From Escherichia coli (GTDB taxonomy: Bacteria > Pseudomonadota > Gammaproteobacteria > Enterobacterales > Enterobacteriaceae): a stretch of DNA of 64,000 nt. The translations under genes and the position numbers were made by a program. The notes under the pieces were generated by a model. That model had not been told where the DNA came from. It was given only the letters and a program-made list of their open reading frames with translations, and searched no databases. Positions 54,063-64,000 of this stretch are shown piece by piece. Position 1 is the first letter of the stretch. Each line of letters starts with the position of its first letter. Location: assembly GCF_003334335.1 (NCBI RefSeq), contig NZ_QOWQ01000003.1; one strand, 5' to 3'.

Positions 54063-55337
54063 TTATTTCCAGCAAATCAGACAGTAATTCTTTTTACCGC
54101 GACGCAGTAAGGTAAAACGACCAAACAGACGATCTTCTTCTTTAAAGAAGTATTCAGGATCGGACTGTTTTTCACCGTTAATGGTGATGGCATTGGAGGC
54201 GATAGTTTTACGTGCCTGACCACGGGAAGGTTGCAGTTCAGAATCGACCAGTGCCTGCATCAGGTCTGCGCCCTTTTCCATCTCAACCATCGGTACGCCG
54301 TCCTGCGCCAGCTGTTCGAAGTCCGCTTCACTCAGCGCACTCAAAGAACCGCTGAACAGGCATTCGGTAATACGTTTTGCCGCCTGTAAACCTTCTTCAC
54401 CGTGAACCAGACGAGTCACCTGCTCCGCCAGTACATACTGGGCGCGCGGTGCTTTACCGCTGTTTTTATCTTCTTCTTCCAGGGCGTTGATCTCTTCAAT
54501 GCTCATAAAGGTGAAGAACTTCAGGAAGCGGTAAACGTCGGCATCCGCAGTGTTGATCCAGAACTGGTAGAATTTGTACGGGCTGGTTTTCTTCGGATCC
54601 AACCAGACTGCGCCGCCTTCAGTTTTACCAAATTTGGTGCCATCTGCTTTAGTGATCAGCGGAACGGTCAGGCCAAACACCTGATTCTGATGCAGACGAC
54701 GGGTCAGGTCGATACCAGAAGTGATGTTACCCCACTGGTCAGAACCACCAATTTGCAGCACCACACCGTACTGTTTGTTCAGACAGGCGAAGTCATAACC
54801 CTGCAACAGGTTGTAGGAAAACTCAGTGAACGAAATCCCCTGATCTTCACGGTTGAGACGCTGCTTAACCGCTTCTTTGTTGATCATCTGGTTAACGGAG
54901 AAGTGTTTGCCAATATCGCGCAGGAAGGTCAGCACATTCATATTGCCGAACCAGTCATAGTTGTTCGCCGCGATAGCAGAGTTTTCTCCACAGTCGAAAT
55001 CGAGGAACGGGGCAACCTGCTTACGGATTTTGTCCACCCACTCCTGAACAGTTTCTTCGGTGTTCAGCTTACGCTCGGCAGCTTTGAAGCTCGGGTCGCC
55101 AATCAGACCCGTCGCGCCGCCTACCAGCGCAACCGGCTTGTGGCCCGCCTGCTGGAAGCGTTTCAGGCATAACAATGGAACAAGATGCCCCAAATGCAAG
55201 CTGTCAGCGGTAGGATCGAAGCCGCAATAGAGCGCGATCGGGCCTTGCGCCAGTCGCTCTGCTAACGCTTCCTCGTCCGTCACCTGGGCTACCAGCCCCC
55301 GCTCTTGCAATTGTTTAATCAAGTTACTGCTTGCCAT
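54063..55337 (-). CDS. tyrS: Tyrosine-tRNA ligase
   Basis: 424 aa from [14 protein letters not shown]; HLGH and KFGKT motifs. Confidence 0.95.
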
Positions 55338-55465
55338 CAAAATCTCCATGTATATAACGACTGCACCTTTGCCGGTACACGACTTTTCGCCAGATGCGAA
55401 AGAGACATAGAATAAAGTGCCAGAATCAGGAGTACCAGCGATTAAAGCAAGATTTTTGCATCTTT

Positions 55466-56122
55466 TCAGGGTGCAAGACGATCAATCTTCCACGCATCAT
55501 TTTCACGCTGGTACAAAAAGCGGTCATGCAGGCGATGCTCACCACCCTGCCAGAACTCAATCTGTTCAAGGCTGACGCGAAAACCGCCCCAAAAGCTCGG
55601 CAATGGCACTTCGCCCTGTTGAAACTTCTGCTTCAGCTCCAGGAATTTACTTTCAAGGATACCGCGGGCAGAAATGCGACTGGACTGCTTCGAAACCCAT
55701 GCACCAATCTGGCTATCACGCGGGCGGCTATGAAAATATTTCATCACTTCGAGAGTCGAAAGTCGTTCTGCTTTACCGATCACCATCACCTGGCGCTCAA
55801 GGGTATGCCACGGGAACAGCAGGCTAACGCGCGGATTATTTTCGATTTGATGTGCTTTACGGCTGCCGAGGTTGGTGTAAAACACCATGCCTTTTTCGTC
55901 GTAATGTTTGAGTAAAACGATGCGCTGATAAGGCTGACCATGTTCATCCACGGTAGCGACCACCATCGCGGTAGGGTCCGCCAGTTTGGCTTCACAAGCC
56001 TGAGAGAGCCAACGTTCAAAAAGGGTTAATGGATCGGCGGGAAGATCGCGGCGGCGTAACCCGCCTTTGGTGTATTCACGGCGCAGATGCGCGATTTGCT
56101 GCAATTCGTCGTTATCAGACAT
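55466..56122 (-). CDS. pdxH: Pyridoxine/pyridoxamine 5'-phosphate oxidase
   Basis: 218 aa, matches E. coli PdxH. Confidence 0.95.
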
Positions 56123-56180
56123 GGTTTTCTTTACGGATTGTCAGTGGGTGACGCTATTGTGCGCCGCCCCTGGAAAAATC

Positions 56181-56510
56181 TCAACGCTGTGGATTTTGTA
56201 ACTGACAGTTATTCAAGACGATGCGGTCGCGTTTATAGACAGTCGCTTCATCGCCTTTCGACCAGAAAACATAGATTCCGTCAGTGTAACGCGCGCCAGA
56301 GGCTGAAATGCCCTGTTTGAGATGCAGTAGTTGATTATCGTAAACAAAACTGACCTCCTGGCGCGGATTATTCAGTTTGACCGTCAACGGTTTTTCATCA
56401 CACTGGTATTCCAGCGTATCGGTTTGCATGCGCTCAACCAGCTGATTAAAGGCGCTACAGCCGGAGAGAAGGACCGGCAAAATGATAATTAACAGTTTTT
56501 TCATAGTCAT
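56181..56510 (-). CDS. mliC: Membrane-bound lysozyme inhibitor of C-type lysozyme
   Basis: 109 aa lipoprotein, matches E. coli MliC (YdhA). Confidence 0.9.
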   Translation of the reverse strand: MTMKKLLIIILPVLLSGCSAFNQLVERMQTDTLEYQCDEKPLTVKLNNPRQEVSFVYDNQLLHLKQGISASGARYTDGIYVFWSKGDEATVYKRDRIVLNNCQLQNPQR

Positions 56511-56607
56511 ATCCCGAAGACTTTCCTGGTCTGGAGGGCAATACGCCCTCCCTAACGTTCCAAGTGTAACGGCAGACGCGGTAAGAAAAATTCAGTTAAC
56601 TCTGATA

Positions 56608-57717
56608 TCACGGGTTAGCGGGGAAAATAGCCCCCAGTACCGTCTCCTGGCTTGCGCCAGTGACGGAAGGCAGATTTCCTGGTAATCCCGCCAGCGTCCG
56701 CCAGGCAAGCCAGGCGAAAGCCAATGCTTCCATGTCATCGCCACTAATGCCAACGGCATCGGTGGTGGTGACTTCTGTGCCTGGCAGTAATGCCGCCAGA
56801 CGCGCCATGAGTAGCGGATTACGACTACCTCCACCACATACCATCAATCGTTCGCAGCCACCGCTCAACAAAACTTGTTCAGAAATGGTCACGGCGGTGA
56901 GTTCTGCCAGTGTCGCCTGCACATCTCGGGGATCAACACCCGGAAAATGGCGCAAATGGCGCTCCAGCCAACCATAGTTAAAGTATTCGCGTCCGGTGCT
57001 TTTCGGTGCAGGTTGCGAGAAATACGGGTCGCTGAGCATATTTTGCAGCAGTGGGAGAATAACTTTACCCGCCCGTGCCCACTCGGCATCTTTATCGTAA
57101 GGTTTACCGGCCTGACGCCAGATCCAGGCATCCATCAGCATGTTACCAGGACCGGTATCGTAGCCCCCAACCGGCTGCCCAGGAATGAGCAGTGACAGAT
57201 TGGCGATGCCGCCAATATTGAGCACCATTCGTCGCTCGGTTGGGTGAGCCAGCAGCGCATGATGGAACGCAGGTACCAGCGGTGCGCCTTGTCCTCCCAA
57301 GGCAATATCGCGACGGCGAAAATCACCGACAACCGTAATTCCGGTGCGTGCCACAATTTGATTGTTATCGCCAATCTGTAAAGTGTGTGGTGCCACGCCC
57401 GTCGGTTCATGCCAGACGGTTTGACCGTGACAACCGATCGCAACTATATCTCTTGCCTGCAGATTTTGTTCCTTAAGCAAGGCATTGACCGCATCAGCAA
57501 AAAGTCGCCCGAGTTGAGTATCAAGCTGTCCAAACTGCGAAAGTGTAAGCTGCTGGCCCTGGCAAATATCCAGTACAGCCTGTTTCAGAGATACCGGGAT
57601 CGGCCAACTCAAACTTGCCAGCTGTGCGACCCGGTGTTCATCAATTGTCGCCAACACAACATCAACACCATCAAGGCTGGTGCCTGACATAACGCCAATA
57701 AAGCGGCCCGATTTCAT
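56608..57717 (-). CDS. anmK: Anhydro-N-acetylmuramic acid kinase
   Basis: 369 aa, matches E. coli AnmK. Confidence 0.95.
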
Positions 57718-57990
57718 AGTTCATCCTTTTTCAATCTGACGTTTGCGCACCACTCAAACATAAACTTTTCGTGAATACCATGCGGAATGACCGATTTTTA
57801 CCGTTGGTAGTAAAACATTATCTTCAAATCAATAATCATCATGAATGTTTTGTTTATAATTGGTTGATCCTACTTTCATTATGATTTGCTCATATTTGGT
57901 AGAACATGTAACCATGGATTCACATATGCCATATACTTTGACCATGAGGGATGCTTGCGTGGCGTTTCATGGTGAACAGGAGATTTTTCA

Positions 57991-58458
57991 ATGATTAAAC
58001 GCGTATTGGTTGTTTCAATGGTAGGTCTGTCTCTTGTCGGTTGTGTTAATAACGACACCCTGTCAGGGGATGTTTATACCGCTTCTGAAGCGAAACAAGT
58101 ACAGAATGTCAGCTATGGCACCATCGTTAACGTACGTCCGGTACAGATTCAGGGCGGTGATGATTCCAACGTTATCGGTGCAATTGGCGGTGCTGTTCTT
58201 GGTGGTTTCCTGGGGAATACTGTTGGTGGCGGAACCGGGCGTTCTCTGGCTACTGCAGCAGGCGCTGTTGCAGGTGGCGTAGCTGGTCAGGGCGTACAGA
58301 GTGCAATGAACAAAACGCAGGGTGTCGAGCTGGAAATTCGTAAAGACGATGGTAATACCATCATGGTGGTACAGAAACAAGGCAACACTCGTTTCTCTCC
58401 GGGCCAACGTGTCGTACTGGCCAGCAATGGCAGTCAGGTGACCGTTTCTCCGCGCTAA
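57991..58458 (+). CDS. slyB: Outer membrane lipoprotein SlyB
   Basis: 155 aa, lipobox and Gly-rich region. Confidence 0.95.
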   Translation: MIKRVLVVSMVGLSLVGCVNNDTLSGDVYTASEAKQVQNVSYGTIVNVRPVQIQGGDDSNVIGAIGGAVLGGFLGNTVGGGTGRSLATAAGAVAGGVAGQGVQSAMNKTQGVELEIRKDDGNTIMVVQKQGNTRFSPGQRVVLASNGSQVTVSPR

Positions 58459-58466
58459 ATAAGTTT

Positions 58467-58494
58467 GCGTGTGGTCAGGTTACTGACCACACGC
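58467..58494. terminator. Bidirectional terminator between slyB and slyA
   Basis: GCGTGTGGTCAGgttaCTGACCACACGC. Confidence 0.6.
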
Positions 58495-58504
58495 CCCCTT
58501 CATT

Positions 58505-58945
58505 TCACCCTTTGGCCTGTAACTCAATGATATTATGCTCAAGTTTTGCGATGAGCGTAATCAGTTGCTCCAGTTCCTCTGCGGAGATGCCATGTAATAT
58601 TTCCGCGCGGGTTTTGTTAATAACAGCTTCCATTTCGCTGATCAGCGGCTCTGCCTTTTCCGTCAGTTTAATACGTTTAGCCCGACGATCGCTGGCACAA
58701 GTTTGACGCGAAATTAACCCTTTTTCTTCCAGTTGGTCCAGAGTACGGACCAGTGATGGCTGCTCGATGCCAATCGCTTTTGCCAGTTGAATTTGCGACT
58801 GGTCTGGAGGTAACTGATGGATATTGTGTAACGTAACCCAATGGGTTTGTGTTAACTCCAGCGGTTTCAGGCGATGGTCTATCAGAGCACGCCATATGCG
58901 CACCAACCGTGCCAGATCAGAACCTAGTGGCGATTCCAATTTCAT
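58505..58945 (-). CDS. slyA: MarR-family transcriptional regulator SlyA
   Basis: Matches E. coli SlyA; exact start (ORF-track start vs annotated MESPLG start two codons in) uncertain. Confidence 0.95.
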
Positions 58946-59139
58946 CTCCTTATAATTAGCTTGCTAAGATATTATGCGGCTTTTAGAATAGTGTGCAGCA
59001 ATTGTATTGCTAAAACAAATGTATTGCTGCATTTGGTTACCGTCAGACATATTTTTCAGAAATTGCGCGTAAATTTTTCGCACTTAAAGAATATTTATTA
59101 ATCTAACGCAATATATTCGGTCGTAAAGGAATCTACTTT

Positions 59140-59376
59140 GTGAAGTTTATGCTCAATGCAACAGGATTGCCCTTACAAGATCTGGTGTTCGGTGCGTCCG
59201 TCTACTTTCCTCCGTTTTTCAAAGCATTCGCGTTTGGATTCGTCATCTGGCTTGTCGTACACCGCCTGCTTCGTGGCTGGATCTACGCCGGTGACATCTG
59301 GCATCCCTTGTTAATGGATTTATCGCTGTTTGCGATTTGCGTTTGCCTTGCTCTGGCAATACTGATTGCGTGGTAA
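59140..59376 (+). CDS. ydhI: DUF1656 inner membrane protein YdhI
   Basis: 78 aa. Confidence 0.85.
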
Positions 59377-59378
59377 CT

Positions 59379-60236
59379 ATGTCAATTAAAACAATTAAGT
59401 ATTTCTCAACAATCATTGTAGCGGTAGTTGCGGTTCTTGCCGGATGGTGGCTGTGGAATTATTACATGCAATCTCCGTGGACACGCGACGGGAAAATACG
59501 CGCAGAACAGGTTTCTATCACCCCACAGGTGTCGGGACGTATTGTTGAGCTGAATATAAAAGACAACCAGCTGGTTAACGCGGGGGATCTTCTGCTCACG
59601 ATCGATAAAACGCCCTTTCAGATCGCCGAGCTGAACGCACAGGCTCAGCTGGCGAAAGCGCAATCTGACCTCGCAAAAGCCAATAACGAAGCGAATCGTC
59701 GTCGTCATCTCTCACAAAATTTTATTTCTGCCGAAGAACTCGATACCGCTAACCTCAATGTTAAAGCGATGCAGGCCAGTGTTGATGCCGCACAGGCGAC
59801 GCTGAAACAGGCACAATGGCAACTGGCGCAAACGGAAATTCGCGCCCCGGTGAGTGGATGGGTGACTAACCTTACTACCCGCATCGGCGATTACGCTGAT
59901 ACCGGGAAACCGCTGTTTGCCCTTGTCGACAGCCACTCGTTTTACGTCATTGGTTATTTTGAAGAAACCAAGTTGCGCCATATCCGCGAAGGTGCACCAG
60001 CACAAATTACCCTCTATAGTGATAACAAAACGTTACAGGGTCACGTTTCCAGTATCGGTCGGGCGATTTATGATCAGAGCGTTGAAAGTGACTCAAGCCT
60101 TATTCCGGATGTTAAACCTAACGTCCCCTGGGTTCGACTCGCCCAACGCGTTCCCGTCCGCTTTGCGCTGGATAAAGTCCCAGGCGATGTCACGTTGGTG
60201 TCGGGCACCACCTGTAGCATTGCCGTAGGTCAATAA
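59379..60236 (+). CDS. ydhJ: Membrane fusion (HlyD-family) protein YdhJ
   Basis: 285 aa from [11 protein letters not shown]; ORF track extends upstream into ydhI. Confidence 0.9.
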   Translation: MSIKTIKYFSTIIVAVVAVLAGWWLWNYYMQSPWTRDGKIRAEQVSITPQVSGRIVELNIKDNQLVNAGDLLLTIDKTPFQIAELNAQAQLAKAQSDLAKANNEANRRRHLSQNFISAEELDTANLNVKAMQASVDAAQATLKQAQWQLAQTEIRAPVSGWVTNLTTRIGDYADTGKPLFALVDSHSFYVIGYFEETKLRHIREGAPAQITLYSDNKTLQGHVSSIGRAIYDQSVESDSSLIPDVKPNVPWVRLAQRVPVRFALDKVPGDVTLVSGTTCSIAVGQ

Positions 60237-62248
60237 TGAACGCATCGTCATGGTCCTTGCGCAATTTGCCCTGGTTCAGGGCCACGCTGGCGCAATGGCG
60301 TTATGCGTTACGCAATACCATTGCCATGTGTCTGGCGCTGACGGTTGCCTATTATTTAAATCTGGATGAACCCTATTGGGCGATGACCTCGGCTGCAGTG
60401 GTTAGCTTTCCCACCGTTGGCGGTGTTATCAGCAAAAGCCTCGGACGCATCGCTGGCAGTTTGCTCGGAGCCATTGCGGCACTGCTTCTTGCCGGGCATA
60501 CGCTCAATGAGCCGTGGTTTTTTCTATTGAGCATGTCGGCGTGGCTTGGCTTTTGTACCTGGGCCTGTGCGCACTTCACGAATAACGTCGCGTATGCATT
60601 TCAACTGGCGGGCTACACGGCTGCCATCATCGCCTTTCCGATGGTTAATATTACTGAGGCCAGCCAGCTGTGGGATATCGCTCAGGCGCGCGTTTGCGAG
60701 GTAATAGTCGGTATTTTGTGCGGCGGCATGATGATGATGATCCTGCCGAGCAGTTCCGATGCTACTGCCCTTTTAACCGCATTGAAAAACATGCACGCCC
60801 GATTACTGGAACATGCCAGTTTACTCTGGCAGCCTGAAACAACCGATGCCATTCGTGCAGCACATGAAGGGGTGATTGGGCAGATACTGACCATGAATTT
60901 GCTGCGTATCCAGGCTTTCTGGAGCCACTATCGTTTTCGCCAGCAAAACGCGCGCCTTAATGCGCTGCTCCACCAGCAATTACGTATGACCAGTGTCATC
61001 TCCAGCCTGCGACGTATGTTGCTCAACTGGCCCTCACCGCCAGGTGCCACACGAGAAATTCTCGAACAGTTGCTGACGGCGCTCGCCAGTTCGCAAACAG
61101 ATGTTTACACCGTCGCACGTATTATCGCCCCGCTACGCCCGACCAACGTCGCCGACTATCGGCACGTCGCCTTCTGGCAGCGACTACGTTATTTTTGCCG
61201 CCTTTATCTGCAAAGTAGTCAGGAATTACATCGTCTGCAAAGCGGTGTAGATGATCATACCAGACTCCCACGGACATCCGGCCTGGCTCGTCATACCGAT
61301 AACGCCGAAGCTATGTGGAGCGGGCTGCGTACATTTTGTACGTTGATGATGATTGGCGCATGGAGTATTGCTTCGCAATGGGATGCCGGTGCCAATGCAT
61401 TAACGCTGGCAGCAATTAGCTGCGTACTCTACTCCGCCGTCGCAGCACCGTTTAAGTCGTTGTCACTTCTGATGCGCACGCTGGTGTTACTTTCGCTATT
61501 CAGCTTTGTGGTCAAATTTGGTCTGATGGTCCAGATTAGCGATCTGTGGCAATTTTTACTGTTTCTCTTTCCACTGCTGGCGACAATGCAGCTTCTTAAA
61601 TTGCAGATGCCAAAATTTGCCGCATTGTGGGGGCAACTGATTGTTTTTATGGGTTCTTTTATCGCTGTCACTAATCCCCCGGTGTATGATTTTGCTGATT
61701 TTCTTAACGATAATCTGGCAAAAATCGTTGGCGTCGCGTTGGCGTGGTTAGCGTTCGCCATTCTGCGTCCAGGATCGGATGCTCGTAAAAGCCGCCGCCA
61801 TATTCGCGCGCTGCGCCGGGATTTTGTCGATCAGCTAAGCCGCCATCCAACACTGAGTGAAAGCGAATTTGAATCGCTCACTTATCATCACGTCAGTCAG
61901 TTGAGTAACAGCCAGGATGCGCTGGCTCGCCGTTGGTTATTACGCTGGGGTGTAGTGCTGCTGAACTGTTCTCATGTTGTCTGGCAATTGCGCGACTGGG
62001 AATCGCGTTCCGATCCGTTATCGCGAGTACGGGATAACTGTATTTCACTGTTGCGGGGAGTGATGAGTGAGCGTGGCGTTCAGCAAAAATCACTGGCGGC
62101 CACACTTGAAGAATTACAGCGGATTTGCGACAGCCTTGCCCGTCATCATCAACCTGCCGCCCGTGAGCTGGCGGCAATTGTCTGGCGGCTGTACTGCTCG
62201 CTTTCGCAACTTGAGCAAGCACCACCGCAAGGTACGCTGGCCTCTTAA
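60236..62248 (+). CDS. ydhK: FUSC-family efflux protein YdhK
   Basis: 670 aa multi-pass membrane protein. Confidence 0.9.
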   Translation: MNASSWSLRNLPWFRATLAQWRYALRNTIAMCLALTVAYYLNLDEPYWAMTSAAVVSFPTVGGVISKSLGRIAGSLLGAIAALLLAGHTLNEPWFFLLSMSAWLGFCTWACAHFTNNVAYAFQLAGYTAAIIAFPMVNITEASQLWDIAQARVCEVIVGILCGGMMMMILPSSSDATALLTALKNMHARLLEHASLLWQPETTDAIRAAHEGVIGQILTMNLLRIQAFWSHYRFRQQNARLNALLHQQLRMTSVISSLRRMLLNWPSPPGATREILEQLLTALASSQTDVYTVARIIAPLRPTNVADYRHVAFWQRLRYFCRLYLQSSQELHRLQSGVDDHTRLPRTSGLARHTDNAEAMWSGLRTFCTLMMIGAWSIASQWDAGANALTLAAISCVLYSAVAAPFKSLSLLMRTLVLLSLFSFVVKFGLMVQISDLWQFLLFLFPLLATMQLLKLQMPKFAALWGQLIVFMGSFIAVTNPPVYDFADFLNDNLAKIVGVALAWLAFAILRPGSDARKSRRHIRALRRDFVDQLSRHPTLSESEFESLTYHHVSQLSNSQDALARRWLLRWGVVLLNCSHVVWQLRDWESRSDPLSRVRDNCISLLRGVMSERGVQQKSLAATLEELQRICDSLARHHQPAARELAAIVWRLYCSLSQLEQAPPQGTLAS

Positions 62249-62770
62249 TTACTTAATTACACCACAGGCATAGCGTTCACCGCCACCGCCCAGCGGTTTA
62301 GGTTGATCGGACATATTATCGCCGCCAACGTGGACCATCAGCGCTTTGTCTTTGATTTCATCCAGTGATTTCAGACGAGGCGCGATGACGGCATCGGTAG
62401 CTTTGCCGTCATTATTGACGACCAGTGCAGGCAGATCGCCTAAATGCCCGGCACCTTCTGGCCCTTCATGTTTACCGGTATTTTGTGGATCAAGATGCCC
62501 GCCTGCGGATTCCGCGGCGCTGGCTTTGCCATCTTTGGTGGCTGGCTGGCAGCTTCCTTTGGCATGAATATGGAAGCCATGTTCACCGGGGGGTAATGCT
62601 TTCAGATCGGGCGAAAACTCCAGACCTTTATCGGTTTCAGTAATGGTGACGCTACCAATTGACTGCCCTACCCCTTGCGACGTGACGAGGTTCATCTCGA
62701 CTTTTTCACTGGCAGCTTGTGCGCCGGTTGCAACAACCAGCGCCAGAATAGCCAGACTAAAACGTTTCAT
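62249..62770 (-). CDS. sodC: Periplasmic Cu/Zn superoxide dismutase
   Basis: 173 aa from MKRFSLAILAL; His-rich metal-binding motifs. Confidence 0.95.
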   Translation of the reverse strand: MKRFSLAILALVVATGAQAASEKVEMNLVTSQGVGQSIGSVTITETDKGLEFSPDLKALPPGEHGFHIHAKGSCQPATKDGKASAAESAGGHLDPQNTGKHEGPEGAGHLGDLPALVVNNDGKATDAVIAPRLKSLDEIKDKALMVHVGGDNMSDQPKPLGGGGERYACGVIK

Positions 62771-62850
62771 AGGACCTCCGTTCATTGTGCATTCCTGAAT
62801 AAGTGTAAACCAGTGACACATTTTTGAACGGCGGCTATTCCTAAAAGTGC

Positions 62851-63747
62851 TTACGGTACGTCGTACCCCAGTGCCGCTTTACGGATACGAAACCATTGTT
62901 GACGGGTCATTTTCAGTGTTTCTGCTTCGACAGCTGCCCGTACGCGCTCAATTTTACCTGAACCGATAATTGGCAGCGGCTGCGATGGTAAACGTAATAC
63001 CCAGGCGTAAACCACCTGTTCAATCGAGCCCGCGTTTAACTCCTCTGCCACCACAGCCAGTTCATCACGCAGCGGCTGGAAATAATCATCATTAAACAGA
63101 CGACCACCACCAAGGCAGGACCACGCCATCGGACGAACACGCAGTTGTTGTAGTTGGTCGAGCGTGCCATCCAGCAGTAACGGCTGATGCACCGGGGATA
63201 TTTCCACCTGATTAGTGGCAAGGGTAAACGGCAGACGTGATTGCAACAGGGCAAATTGCGCAGGCGTAAAGTTCGATACGCCAAAATGACGCACTTTGCC
63301 GCTCTGATGCAGATGTTTGAACGCGTCCGCCACTTCATCGGCATCCATTAACGGGTCTGGTCGGTGGATTAACAGCAAATCCAGATGATCGGTCGCGAGA
63401 TTAATTAGCGACTGTTCGGCGCTCTTAATGATGTGATCGCGGTCAGTGATGTAATGACCAATGACGTTTTCTTCACGCGCGGTCGTCGCGATACCGCATT
63501 TACTGACGATTTCCATCCGTTCACGCAGGTGAGGTGCCAGTTTCAGTGCCTCGCCAAACGCCGCTTCGCACTGATAGCCACCATAAATATCAGCATGGTC
63601 CACGGTGGTCACGCCGAGATCCAGATGCTCTTCAATAAAACTGACCAGCTGGCGGGCGGACATATTCCAGTCCATCAATCGCCAGTAGCCCATCACAAAA
63701 CGGGAAAACTCCGGGCCTTGCGGCGCAATAGTAATACGCTGAACCAT
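62851..63747 (-). CDS. ydhF: Aldo-keto reductase YdhF
   Basis: 298 aa, matches E. coli YdhF. Confidence 0.9.
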   Translation of the reverse strand: MVQRITIAPQGPEFSRFVMGYWRLMDWNMSARQLVSFIEEHLDLGVTTVDHADIYGGYQCEAAFGEALKLAPHLRERMEIVSKCGIATTAREENVIGHYITDRDHIIKSAEQSLINLATDHLDLLLIHRPDPLMDADEVADAFKHLHQSGKVRHFGVSNFTPAQFALLQSRLPFTLATNQVEISPVHQPLLLDGTLDQLQQLRVRPMAWSCLGGGRLFNDDYFQPLRDELAVVAEELNAGSIEQVVYAWVLRLPSQPLPIIGSGKIERVRAAVEAETLKMTRQQWFRIRKAALGYDVP

Positions 63748-63795
63748 AATCGCTTCCTCTTATCAGATATGAGAGGAGTATACGCAAGATTAGGT

Positions 63796-64000
63796 TCAAA
63801 AGAGTGATGGTTGCTCCGGTTCGTCTGATGACGCTGGCTTATTTGCGCGTAATTTGCGCATTAATCGCTGCCGACAAAGGCGCAGCACCTCTTGTTTTTC
63901 GCCATCGCTCATTTTATTCCAGTTAAAACGCTCATCACGACTACGAAAACAGCCGCGACAAAACCCGCGTTCGTCAGACTGGCAAATTCCCCGGCACGGG
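63796..64000 (-). CDS. ydhL: DUF1289 protein YdhL (partial, start outside window)
   Basis: Minus-strand frame shows Cys-rich CRGICQSDERGFCRGCFRSRDE motif ending in TGA at 63796-63798. Confidence 0.7.
   Translation of the reverse strand, partial: PCRGICQSDERGFCRGCFRSRDERFNWNKMSDGEKQEVLRLCRQRLMRKLRANKPASSDEPEQPSLF

Overview
The window is Escherichia coli chromosome (K-12-like order and near-identical proteins) from pntBA through ydhL, with one accessory region at the left edge. Positions 1 to about 12252 are the right-hand part of an integrated phage satellite that runs off the window on the left. It carries a P4-like tyrosine integrase, an AlpA-family regulator, a small divergent RHH-regulator operon with palindromic operators, a minus-strand operon of small unknown genes, an AAA-ATPase replication protein followed by an iteron origin, an SSB, two terminator-bounded small cargo genes, and its own HK97-type head module (major capsid, prohead protease, portal, head-closure, head-tail connector, HNH endonuclease) but no tail genes. 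That combination matches the capsid-forming PICI (cf-PICI) class of satellites by organisation; the family assignment is inference. The element is inserted inside the coding sequence of tqsA, leaving only the 3' ~294 codons. The remaining ~52 kb is conserved core: pntBA, ydgH, ydgI, folM, ydgC, rstAB, tus, fumCA, manA, ydgA, uidCBA-uidR, hdhA, malI, malXY, add, ydgJ, blr, cnu, ydgK, rsxABCDGE-nth, dtpA, gstA, pdxY, tyrS, pdxH, mliC, anmK, slyB, slyA, ydhIJK, sodC, ydhF and the start of ydhL. Inside the core the only oddity I can see is the tus 5' end and the expected TerB site upstream, which differ from what I recall for E. coli. No rRNA, tRNA or CRISPR array is present. All calls are from reading the sequence and the ORF track; no database search was run, and coordinates I derived by hand for non-ORF features may be off by 1-2 nt.
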